IMG/VR virus record: IMGVR_UViG_3300001199_000004 | Length of the DNA: 64,000 nucleotides | Source: a virus | Reading direction: 5' to 3' (one strand) | Part shown: positions 54,910 through 63,724 of the stretch, in pieces | Position numbering within the stretch: position 1 is the first letter of the stretch | How the letters are laid out: every line of letters starts with the position of its first letter | Notes under the pieces: generated by a model | What the model was told of the DNA's origin: nothing | The model's database searches: none | The model's input: the letters and a program-made list of their open reading frames with translations, nothing else | Program-made: the position numbers and the translations under genes

Positions 54910-55394
54910 TATAGATGCTGATTGGGAAGAGGATGAAATGATTATAGTTGGAACAATTCCAGAATTTTCCAATAGTATGAGTTTTGAATGTTATGTGAAC
55001 GGTAAATTCAAGAGATATTTATTTAATGTAGAAACATCTGTTTATCATCATGATTATGGGGTGGTGAATGGTGTTGTTCGAGGGAGAAGATACCATCATC
55101 AGCATAAAACAACTGATAAATACATTAGAACTGATTACATAACTTTTTTATCAAGATGGCAAATTACACAATGTCGATGGTCCTGCGGTAATATCTGTAT
55201 GTGATTATGCTGTTTTTCAGTTTTACAAACGTGGTAAGCCTTGGCTGGTGATTAATAGCGATGATAACGATGGCAGATTCAAATACAGATTTAACTGTAT
55301 GGTGGTAACTTGGGAAAATTTAGAGAATTATCGGCATACGCTTTTGGGTAATTTGTTTTCTACTTTGGGCGATTATGAGAAGTATAGATGCTGA
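54884..55394 (+). pseudogene. RSIDxxW-tag LHxxxGPA protein with +1 frameshift in a T6 run
   Basis: Removing one T at 55144-55149 gives ...ITFYQDGKLHNVDGPA...GKPW..., open to TGA at 55394. Confidence 0.75.
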
Positions 55395-55773
55395 TTGGGA
55401 AGAGGACATCCATTTTTTTGATAATGGAGGGTTTCTTGTAGACGTTTATTTTGGCCGAAAAAAATATAGTTTTAGTCTTCCTGATTCTTGGAATTACACA
55501 TATTATTATTTTATGCGTCCCCCTAATTCTGTTGAATCTTACAGTGGATTGGTATTTGCTTGTGGATTTAATGGACATAGAGATATAATAGTTCAATTGA
55601 AGTTAAAAAAGAGTAAGCCAGTTTCTTTACATTCTAGGCATGGAACTTCTTATCTTTTTAACTGGTATCAAAATGGAGATCTTATAAGGGCAATTAGCAC
55701 GGATATTAAGGATGCTTTTAATTATCAAAAGTATATAGATGAGTTTGAAGAGGTATGTTTAGATTATGAATAA
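55375..55773 (+). CDS. RSIDxxW-tag protein
   Basis: MRSIDADWEED. Confidence 0.8.
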   Translation: MRSIDADWEEDIHFFDNGGFLVDVYFGRKKYSFSLPDSWNYTYYYFMRPPNSVESYSGLVFACGFNGHRDIIVQLKLKKSKPVSLHSRHGTSYLFNWYQNGDLIRAISTDIKDAFNYQKYIDEFEEVCLDYE

Positions 55774-56155
55774 GTATCGTTCGATAGACAATTCATGGGA
55801 TTTGGATGAATTTCATTGTGGAATGAATGCTAAATGTTATGTGAATGGGGAATTGAAGGCTAAATTGCTTCCTGGCGGCGTTTTTTATTTCAACGGTGGT
55901 TTATTGGTTGAGAAGTTATTATTTCCTTATTATGGTGGTGGCTCTTATAAGATAATTGAGGACTTTCATTTAAATTTAACTATAGTACGAACAACAACAT
56001 TAGTTAAGACAGATTCATTGGGCAAGATATTGATAAATAGTTGGCGTTGTGGGGATAATACCTTATATTTTTATTTTGAGCATAAGAATAAGGTACAAAT
56101 GATGAGTTATGATTTTGAAGTGTTTGGCGGTAAATTACAAGAAAAAGGATGGTGA
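55766..56155 (+). CDS. RSIDxxW-tag protein (possibly frameshift-continued into 56109-56327)
   Basis: YRSIDNSWDLDE. Confidence 0.7.
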   Translation: MNKYRSIDNSWDLDEFHCGMNAKCYVNGELKAKLLPGGVFYFNGGLLVEKLLFPYYGGGSYKIIEDFHLNLTIVRTTTLVKTDSLGKILINSWRCGDNTLYFYFEHKNKVQMMSYDFEVFGGKLQEKGW

Positions 56156-56304
56156 GTTAGCGAATGCTTTATATTGGCCTGATAAAAACATAACTTTGAA
56201 TGACGCATCTAATGATGTGTATAATTCTGAGTTGAAGGAATATTTTGCGGATTACTTTCAGAATTTGTGTTCTGAGATTTCGTTGTATGAAATGGAGATA
56301 GATG

Positions 56305-56651
56305 ATGTCTCATTATCGGTCGATTGATGCTGATTGGGATTCAGAGATCCACCATTTAGATTGTTATAATCCTTTTAAATCGGCAATATAAATATATTTT
56401 TAGAATTTTTGGTAGATGAAATCACAATAGAAGTTTATGGTTCAATTTACAAGAAAAAAGCCGAATATGTACGTGCCAGTTTTAGTAGCACTACTGGCAT
56501 AAATAGAGGTTTTTATGAATATCATTATACAAAATCTTGTAGAACTAAGGCGGCTGGCAGTATGGAGCCTTCATGGTTGACAGAAGAGTTGGGAGACTAC
56601 AACTTTTATGCATCCTTATTAGAGGAATACAGCATTTATGAGAAGTATTGA
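56305..56651 (+). pseudogene. internally deleted/frameshifted duplicate of 56638-57237
   Basis: MSHYRSIDADWDSE...* (56305-56391), then out-of-frame 56409-56651 matching the C-terminus of the next gene. Confidence 0.7.
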
Positions 56652-57237
56652 TGCTCCTTGGGGTCAAGACGAGGTTTTCTATTTAGATTCTCCGCCTTGT
56701 ATAGAATATAAGTTTCAATTTAATGGTCAGTCGCAAACATGTTTTCTGAATGGCCACAATGATTTAGCAGAAAGGCTTGAATTTATTGTAAAAAAGACAA
56801 AAGACACATTACAGACTGGTTATTATAAGTTTGTGGGGATTGATTCAACATATCTTTCGACACATTTTATATTTATAGAACATGGCAATTTACGTTGCAA
56901 CTGGGTTCCAAGAACAATAAATTTTAACACTTTGGGAGTTCCCAACAACCCCAATGCGATTATGAATTTGGGGTTTTTGGTAGATAACATTGAAATAGGG
57001 GTTTATGGTTCCATTTATTCCAAAAAGTCTAAGGATTGGATTTATGGGAAGAAGGCTGAGATGGTACGAGCAACTTTTAATTCTGCAGAAGGGACATACG
57101 AGTATCACTACACGAAATCTTGTAGAACTAAGGCTAGCATGGCGGCGGAGCCTGCATGGTTGACAGAAGAGCTATTGGCTGATTACAATCATTATGCTTC
57201 ATTATTGGAGGAATACAGCATTTATGAGAAGTATTGA
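56638..57237 (+). CDS. RSIDxxW-tag protein
   Basis: MRSIDAPWGQDE. Confidence 0.8.
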   Translation: MRSIDAPWGQDEVFYLDSPPCIEYKFQFNGQSQTCFLNGHNDLAERLEFIVKKTKDTLQTGYYKFVGIDSTYLSTHFIFIEHGNLRCNWVPRTINFNTLGVPNNPNAIMNLGFLVDNIEIGVYGSIYSKKSKDWIYGKKAEMVRATFNSAEGTYEYHYTKSCRTKASMAAEPAWLTEELLADYNHYASLLEEYSIYEKY

Positions 57238-57739
57238 TGCGGTGTGGGAGAAATCTGAGCTTATTTACATTGATAAAAAAGGCAAAGATTTACTTTTGGT
57301 TATTGAAGAGAATGGCCAAGAGACTTGGTTTTGTTATGATCAGAGTCAAATTGCTTCAAAGCACATAATTGATGAAAAGATATCTAATTTTTTGATTAGT
57401 TATTTTAGAGACGGCAATATTAGATTACAAAAATTGTTGGACCCAGAATTGCCTTTTACAGAGGTTCAACAAAATATTGTTATTTTGAAGTTAAAAGACG
57501 GTAAACTGTTGGATGGTCCGTCTTATATCTCATTTTTCAATGACATTGTTATTTCTGTTAGCATTATTGAGAACAATAACCCTGTTAAGACCATAAGTTG
57601 TTTTAAACATGGTAAAATTAAAGTTGGCAGTTATAATGAAAAAACTTTAATAGGTCAATATATTGACCATTTAAAAGGGGGAACTTTTTATGCTTGCTAT
57701 GCTGCCGAACTAGCTGCCATTGGCCCTAATTTTGCTTAA
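57224..57739 (+). CDS. RSIDxxW-tag protein
   Basis: MRSIDAVWEKSE (start moved to 57224). Confidence 0.8.
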   Translation: MRSIDAVWEKSELIYIDKKGKDLLLVIEENGQETWFCYDQSQIASKHIIDEKISNFLISYFRDGNIRLQKLLDPELPFTEVQQNIVILKLKDGKLLDGPSYISFFNDIVISVSIIENNNPVKTISCFKHGKIKVGSYNEKTLIGQYIDHLKGGTFYACYAAELAAIGPNFA

Positions 57740-57754
57740 CTGGGAGCATATGAA

Positions 57755-58246
57755 ATGCGTTCTATAGGAAATTTACGATCTATAGATTTCCCTTGGGGAG
57801 AGGATCAGGTTGTTTATTTTGATTGTGATAGTGATGATTTTGGGATAGAGCGATGGGATTGTTATAACAATGGGCACAAGTTTATTCTTTTCCATTCAGA
57901 GAAAAAACCATTAAGTCAAATAAAGTTTGCTAAAAATGGTTTGGTGATTGCCCAAAAAACCATTCAAGGGCCAGGAAAAAAGTATTATGATTATGCTAAT
58001 TTATGGTATAATAATGGTTTGTTGCATAATTCAAATGGGCCTGCAATAGTTTACAATACCAATTGGGGAAATGGTTGGTTTTTTTCATGGTATATGAATG
58101 GCAAGCCTTGGAAGTGTGGCAAACACGGTCACAGGTTTAATTGCAAGCAAGAGAATGTCCTTTATGAGAAAATATATCAGGACAGACGACGGATTTACAT
58201 AAAAGATTTAGTGAATAATTTCCATGGAAAAATACCGATCAATTGA
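57755..58246 (+). CDS. RSIDxxW-tag protein with LHxxxGPA repeat
   Basis: MRSIGNLRSIDFPWGEDQ; GLLHNSNGPA; GKPW. Confidence 0.8.
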   Translation: MRSIGNLRSIDFPWGEDQVVYFDCDSDDFGIERWDCYNNGHKFILFHSEKKPLSQIKFAKNGLVIAQKTIQGPGKKYYDYANLWYNNGLLHNSNGPAIVYNTNWGNGWFFSWYMNGKPWKCGKHGHRFNCKQENVLYEKIYQDRRRIYIKDLVNNFHGKIPIN

Positions 58247-58832
58247 TGCCAATTGGGAGCAGGACGAACATCTTTACATAGATGATTGTGGGGAACTGCA
58301 GGAATACTTGTTTAACGGCAGAAAACATTATGCTATTGTAAGCAATAAAATTGACGATTATTTTTATTCCAATTCTTCTTCTAATATTGCCCAACGAATT
58401 GTTGATGCAACTCGTACTGATTTTGACACTGGCATGTATCAATTTAATTATATGAATGACATGTATTTTTGGATTTACAATTCTACTTTAGGGGCACATA
58501 ACAAACCTGAAAGCTTGTTTGTAGCTCCATTGTCGCACTATTCGATTAATTTCAACAAAAAGCTTCAAAAGTTATCTCAAATTTCTGGTACAATGGAGAA
58601 TGGTCGGCGATCAAAAGCATTTAACTTACAATACCATCATTCCAATGAGTCTTGGGCGTTCAATTTGCATGTTGACGGCACAATTAAGATTAGTTCTAAG
58701 CCCAATACCACTTACATGACGCTTGACCAAAAAAGTGATTTGCCACAATGGTTTAAGAAGTGTAAAAAAGAGTATTCAGATTATGTCCAAATTGTCGAAG
58801 ACGTTTTTGCCAAAATACCGCTCGATAGATAG
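58224..58832 (+). CDS. RSIDxxW-tag protein
   Basis: YRSIDANWEQDE. Confidence 0.8.
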   Translation: MEKYRSIDANWEQDEHLYIDDCGELQEYLFNGRKHYAIVSNKIDDYFYSNSSSNIAQRIVDATRTDFDTGMYQFNYMNDMYFWIYNSTLGAHNKPESLFVAPLSHYSINFNKKLQKLSQISGTMENGRRSKAFNLQYHHSNESWAFNLHVDGTIKISSKPNTTYMTLDQKSDLPQWFKKCKKEYSDYVQIVEDVFAKIPLDR

Positions 58833-59355
58833 TTCTTGGGATGGGGACGAAGTTGTTATTTTGCCATTGGCAAGTGGAGGCATACCCAGAAGGGCATCTG
58901 TAGTATATCATACTACTTCTTTTGGTAAAATAAAATATCTTGTTTATTATGGTATGAAATTTCAGATTTATCGACATTTTGCCAATGGTTTAGTTTGGAT
59001 TGAAAAAACCTATATCGACAATTGGGAGGACAATGCCAAACAATTAGTTTTGGTTAAAGACGGTTATTCTGTATTTACCTTAAGACATAATTCTGGGATT
59101 TTACATGAAGTTTGTTTTCATCATCAAGGCAATAAACTAAGCGGTATTCTCAATAAAAGCACAACTCAAGGAATTGGGGTGGAATACGCTGTAGTTTATG
59201 GCCCTTATTTATCTTTTTGTGTAAATGAATTGGGTTCTAAAAACCATGAAATGACACGTATGATTGTTTATAAGGAGAAATCTTTTTCTTATTATAATAA
59301 ATGTTTTAACATTTATCAGAGATATTTAGAGGCTAGACTAAATGAGATCCATTGA
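58783..59355 (+). CDS. RSIDxxW-tag protein (start uncertain)
   Basis: YRSIDSSWDGDE; KSFSYYN shared with the next gene. Confidence 0.75.
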   Translation: MSKLSKTFLPKYRSIDSSWDGDEVVILPLASGGIPRRASVVYHTTSFGKIKYLVYYGMKFQIYRHFANGLVWIEKTYIDNWEDNAKQLVLVKDGYSVFTLRHNSGILHEVCFHHQGNKLSGILNKSTTQGIGVEYAVVYGPYLSFCVNELGSKNHEMTRMIVYKEKSFSYYNKCFNIYQRYLEARLNEIH

Positions 59356-59890
59356 TACTCCCTGGGAAAAAGATGAGATTTTATTTTTAGGTGAGAAACA
59401 CCGATGTAAAGTACAGACGGGTGAATCTTATGTTGTTGTTTATGATGACATGCAAAAAGTTTGTGAATATTTTGGGTCAGGCATTTTGATTCTTTCGTGT
59501 TTTGCATCTTCACATGCCCAATTAACAGCCTATTTGGAATCGTGTACCCCCTCTAGATGTATTAGGGTTAAAAACGGCAAAAGTCATTCTTTCATGATTA
59601 CAAACAATGACAATCTTTTATCTGTTGGGTTTAATAGGCCAAAAGAAAAGTTGTTTAAAATATCTAAAAACGATTACAAAGATGATAGAGGCTATTTTTA
59701 CAGGCTTATTTTTAAGCAGGATAATGGCGGGGAAACTACAAACGTGTCAATTCATAAAGATAAAAAACCGCCTGATTACCAACACAATGGCTACAGAATT
59801 AAAATAAAATCTTTCTCATATTATAATAGGTTATTTAATTTATATGAGGGAATATTAAAAGATGCGTTCAATAGATGCACAATGGGATGA
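59342..59890 (+). CDS. RSIDxxW-tag protein
   Basis: MRSIDTPWEKDE. Confidence 0.8.
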   Translation: MRSIDTPWEKDEILFLGEKHRCKVQTGESYVVVYDDMQKVCEYFGSGILILSCFASSHAQLTAYLESCTPSRCIRVKNGKSHSFMITNNDNLLSVGFNRPKEKLFKISKNDYKDDRGYFYRLIFKQDNGGETTNVSIHKDKKPPDYQHNGYRIKIKSFSYYNRLFNLYEGILKDAFNRCTMG

Positions 59891-60374
59891 AGATGAAGTT
59901 GTTGATTTGGGTGGTAAGTATTTGTACCAAGTTCAATATGGACAATCTCACAAACAACAGGTAAAATCCAAACAAGATCCTCAAGACAAATATGGTTATG
60001 CCCGAGACGTTTTTAACTATTACAAGCCATTTGTGGATGGCAAACTAGATGTTTTTTATGAAGACAGGTTGGCTAGTTCTTTTTGGTTTAAAGATGGTTG
60101 TTTGCACAATCCATATGGTCCTGCCAAGTTGGTTTATCGAAAATGCGGCAATATGGTATTTGAGTGGGTACTAAATGACAAGAGATTTGCATTAAGGGCG
60201 GATAAGATTGTCAGCATTGGCGGGAGCATTAGAATGGGTGAACGGCGGCTGCATATTATGAAACAAGGGGTTAACGGTTGTGTTGTTTCTTTTTTAACAA
60301 AAGAAAAGAATAAGTCTGAACATTATTTCTTCCGTATTTACGACGAATTAATCAATGAATACAAGAAGCATTGA
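59862..60374 (+). CDS. RSIDxxW-tag protein with LHxxxGPA repeat
   Basis: MRSIDAQWDEDE; GCLHNPYGPA. Confidence 0.8.
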   Translation: MRSIDAQWDEDEVVDLGGKYLYQVQYGQSHKQQVKSKQDPQDKYGYARDVFNYYKPFVDGKLDVFYEDRLASSFWFKDGCLHNPYGPAKLVYRKCGNMVFEWVLNDKRFALRADKIVSIGGSIRMGERRLHIMKQGVNGCVVSFLTKEKNKSEHYFFRIYDELINEYKKH

Positions 60375-60843
60375 CACTCCTTGGGAAGACATGGGGACAG
60401 TCTATTTCGATGGGGACGAGGAATGTTTGGTGGAGAATTTGGACACAAAGGAAATTTTTAGATTTGGTTGTTCCTGTTATTCACTTTTGGACGTTTTTGA
60501 TAAGTCAATCAACAAGTTTTCAATTTTTTTATTTAACTATTTCATAGATGGCAGCTTTGAATTACGCCACAACAACTACATTTCCATTAAATTTAGGTTG
60601 TTTAATAGGAAATTGGCGAATGGAGCTTCTGTGATTAGTAATTTTGGCGGAGAGGCTGTATCGGTTGCTTGGTATCACAATGGTTCTTTTGTTAAAAAAA
60701 TATGTCAAAACAGCAGGGGAGAAACAGTTTCTCTTATTAAGAGAAATTCTTATGGTACAATAGTGACAGAGACTTTTAGCAGCAAACAAGACAGCAAAAG
60801 AAAACAGTTACTATCTATTTTGGGTCAATATGCGAAGCATTGA
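60355..60843 (+). CDS. RSIDxxW-tag protein
   Basis: TRSIDTPWED. Confidence 0.8.
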   Translation: MNTRSIDTPWEDMGTVYFDGDEECLVENLDTKEIFRFGCSCYSLLDVFDKSINKFSIFLFNYFIDGSFELRHNNYISIKFRLFNRKLANGASVISNFGGEAVSVAWYHNGSFVKKICQNSRGETVSLIKRNSYGTIVTETFSSKQDSKRKQLLSILGQYAKH

Positions 60844-61363
60844 TGAGGATTGGGAGTCTGGGGATGTTATTTATTTGGATGATATTGAAAAATGCACAAA
60901 AACCCATGTAGTCAAAGTTAATGGTGAAAAAAATTATCTTTATGTAAATCCTATTAAAAAAGGATTGTTGGAAGAAGTAATAAAAATTTTCCCCAATGGA
61001 AAAATTACTTTACATTATACGGATTTAGATTTCAACATAACTTGTTCGGTTAAAAATGGTAAATACATAAAAGGCACGCCAACAATTGGAGATTCTAAAT
61101 TATCGACAATTATTTATTGGTTTGATGAAAATGGCAAGAGAATAACTATTGATGGGATAAATCAATTTGACTTTCACAAACACAATGAATCAATCGAAAT
61201 ATCTTTTGCTCTCAAACATCGAACTAAAGAACTTAAAATGATTGTTTCCAAAAATGATAAGCCTTATTTTAGGGGTCGTGGTCGGTACTTGAAAAGGTTT
61301 ATGTGTTGTGATATAAAAGACTACGCATACTATGCAGATTTAATCCATTCCATTGTACCTTAA
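60830..61363 (+). CDS. RSIDxxW-tag protein
   Basis: MRSIDEDWESGD; ends HSIVP* in the promoter-like motif. Confidence 0.8.
   Translation: MRSIDEDWESGDVIYLDDIEKCTKTHVVKVNGEKNYLYVNPIKKGLLEEVIKIFPNGKITLHYTDLDFNITCSVKNGKYIKGTPTIGDSKLSTIIYWFDENGKRITIDGINQFDFHKHNESIEISFALKHRTKELKMIVSKNDKPYFRGRGRYLKRFMCCDIKDYAYYADLIHSIVP
61346..61363 (+). promoter_or_regulatory. plus-strand copy of the promoter-like motif
   Basis: CATTCCATTGTACCTTAA; TACCTT-AAACACT-ATG(61369), same 7-nt spacing. Confidence 0.8.
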
Positions 61364-61368
61364 ACACT

Positions 61369-61935
61369 ATGAATATTTATCGTTCTATAGATAGCTCTTG
61401 GGACCATTCGGACACGATTTTCTTGGCCGAGGGACAAGATATTGTCCCTATACGAGTAGAAAACGATAAACATAAATACACTATTTATGTGTCAGAAAAA
61501 ACTATTGCTTGCAAAAACGTATTTACAACTATTTTATCTAATGTTGGGTTTACTGGTCAGATTAGTGTTCAACTTCCTGATGGTGGTGAAGTTTATTATG
61601 GTTGGGCACAAAACAACAAACTTCACAGAGAAGATGGTCCTGCGTTCATTAAAATGTCTTCTTTAGAAGGCCCCGTTCTTGCTGTTCAATGGCTGTTAAA
61701 TGGCACATTTGATACGAGTATCAACAATTATTTAGTTGGCATTGATAGGCTGGCTCTAAGTTTAAAATTCTTTTACAGAATAGGGTTGGAAAAGTTCCAA
61801 ATTATCCGTAGTGATCGTTCTTCTAGTGAGGTTGAAACTGCTCCGATGGGTTTAAAAGAAGTTATCAATAAGCATTCGGAGATTGATTTCAAAACTTGGG
61901 ACACCTTATTAAATACTTATAATCCAAACTTATGA
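61369..61935 (+). CDS. RSIDxxW-tag protein with LHREDGPA repeat
   Basis: YRSIDSSWDHSD; KLHREDGPA. Confidence 0.8.
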   Translation: MNIYRSIDSSWDHSDTIFLAEGQDIVPIRVENDKHKYTIYVSEKTIACKNVFTTILSNVGFTGQISVQLPDGGEVYYGWAQNNKLHREDGPAFIKMSSLEGPVLAVQWLLNGTFDTSINNYLVGIDRLALSLKFFYRIGLEKFQIIRSDRSSSEVETAPMGLKEVINKHSEIDFKTWDTLLNTYNPNL

Positions 61936-62516
61936 ACAGGTCTATTGATGCCATTTGGGATGCAGATTTTTGCAGCAGCAATGGAATTATTGATTTGGGT
62001 GGAAAAAAACAACGTCATTTCATGATGGAATTTAATAGAATTCCATATTTGCTTAAAACAAGAGTTGCTTTTGAAAAAGAAGAATTGGCGAAAACAATAG
62101 TTTGTGGCCACGTTAAATTACAATTGCCCATTGTAGAATCCATTCATGAAAATACCAAAGAATTAATTTCTGAGTTTAAAATAACCAGAAAATTTGGAGA
62201 AATGAGCAATGATTACAACAAAAGAAATTATAACATATATTTGTTTAGTGAGGGTCGATTGCATCATGATATTTTGCCAGCTTATGTTTGCGTCCGGCTT
62301 AAGTCAGCTTATTATGCAAGTTGGTATCTAAAAGGGAAAATGGTCAAAACATTGGACGAAACCATAGTGGGGGGGTCTAATGTTAAAAAAAGAAGATGGC
62401 ATTTAGATCAAGAAGGTTTTGGGCATTTTTTGATTGATGATGATTTTATTCATGAATTTGCAGAGCTTGACAGAAAGTTAATTAATGGAGATTTATATGA
62501 CGAATTCACAAGCTAA
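61932..62516 (+). CDS. RSIDxxW-tag protein
   Basis: NRSIDAIWDAD; GRLHHDILPA. Confidence 0.8.
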   Translation: MNRSIDAIWDADFCSSNGIIDLGGKKQRHFMMEFNRIPYLLKTRVAFEKEELAKTIVCGHVKLQLPIVESIHENTKELISEFKITRKFGEMSNDYNKRNYNIYLFSEGRLHHDILPAYVCVRLKSAYYASWYLKGKMVKTLDETIVGGSNVKKRRWHLDQEGFGHFLIDDDFIHEFAELDRKLINGDLYDEFTS

Positions 62517-62793
62517 GTGGTATATTCATCATTTTGCTGATTATCATGAAATTAACGACATTGGAGAATATAAATCCATTGAATTAGGTTGTTTTCCAAC
62601 CAAAGAATCCAGCTATCATCGTTATTTTGGATTGTTTTATACAGGCCGTAAACCAGGAGCAGATAAGGTGTTAGATGCTGTTTTAGGCTTGGTTGATGTA
62701 ATAGTTGCTCCAAAGAACGAAGAGGACTACGATGAAACAACAACTACGGCAAATGAAGTGAAAGAATCCATTAGACTTGCATTGAAAAATTAA
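62485..62793 (+). CDS. hypothetical protein (start probably 62497)
   Basis: GGAG RBS. Confidence 0.7.
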   Translation: MEIYMTNSQAKWYIHHFADYHEINDIGEYKSIELGCFPTKESSYHRYFGLFYTGRKPGADKVLDAVLGLVDVIVAPKNEEDYDETTTTANEVKESIRLALKN

Positions 62794-62805
62794 AAATGCT
62801 AAACT

Positions 62806-63666
62806 ATGGAATCATCCTCAACAAAAGGTAAAAACATGAGTGAAGAAGCAGAAAAGATTATGGGCAGTATTGGCAAAAAACCCGCCATTGTATTTGCCTT
62901 CGATACTACTGGATCTATGTCGGGCTGTATAGCCAATGTAAGAAAAAACATTAAAGAATTAGCTGAAAAGCTATTTGAAGAAATCCCTGGGTTAAAGATG
63001 GGTTTAATTGCTCACGGTGATTATTGTGATGGCGAGAAATGCTATCAACAATTAGATTTGACTGGTGAGATTAGCGATATCATTAATTTCATTGAAAAAA
63101 ACCATACTACTTCTGGTGGTGATGCCGATGAATGTTATGAGTATGTTTTCCGAAGAGCCATTGAATTGAGTTGGCCTGAAGAGGGTGGCACACTTGTTAT
63201 GATTGGGGATTGTGCCCCTCATGATGAAGCCTATTATGCTAATTTCAATAACTTTTCAACGTCATATTCTGGGGCTCGTGAATATTTCAATCCCATCCAA
63301 GAGACTAAGGTATCTGATCCAGTTCCTTTCATTGATTGGAAGGTTGAATTAGAGAATTTAAAAGCCAAGAACATTGAAGTTTTTGGGGTACAATGTATGA
63401 AGATGGATGCTTCCTATCGCAGTAAAGAAAATCAATTTTGGGAAGGAATTGGTCAAATTGCTGGAACACCATTGATTATCATGGATAATTTCCAAGATAG
63501 TTATCAGACATTAGGGAGCATTACCCGTGCTACTTTGTCGGATTCTGATGAAGATGTTGAAAGCTATGTTAGAACGGCAACTTGTTCTGTTGCAAATGCA
63601 GCTAGTTATTCTGACAATGTTTCTAAATTATCTGCTTATCGCAGTAGTAAGAAATCTAAAGAATAA
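62806..63666 (+). CDS. von Willebrand factor A (vWA) domain protein
   Basis: MIDAS-like FDTTGSM; GGDADECYE; IGDCAPH. Confidence 0.88.
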   Translation: MESSSTKGKNMSEEAEKIMGSIGKKPAIVFAFDTTGSMSGCIANVRKNIKELAEKLFEEIPGLKMGLIAHGDYCDGEKCYQQLDLTGEISDIINFIEKNHTTSGGDADECYEYVFRRAIELSWPEEGGTLVMIGDCAPHDEAYYANFNNFSTSYSGAREYFNPIQETKVSDPVPFIDWKVELENLKAKNIEVFGVQCMKMDASYRSKENQFWEGIGQIAGTPLIIMDNFQDSYQTLGSITRATLSDSDEDVESYVRTATCSVANAASYSDNVSKLSAYRSSKKSKE

Positions 63667-63688
63667 ATTTCATAACAATTGAAATGAG

Positions 63689-63717
63689 GAAATGCCGCTC
63701 TATATGAGCGGTATTTC
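63689..63717 (+). terminator. hairpin/terminator after the vWA gene
   Basis: GAAATGCCGCTC/GAGCGGTATTTC followed by T-rich sequence. Confidence 0.65.
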
Positions 63718-63724
63718 TATTTAT

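Noticed and set aside
56409-57240. Diversity-generating retroelement TR/VR pair
   Set aside because: Differences include C/T changes and indels rather than adenine-specific substitutions; no reverse transcriptase in the window.
50267-62743. Minus-strand ORFs in the right block
   Set aside because: Short antisense shadows of the tiled plus-strand genes.
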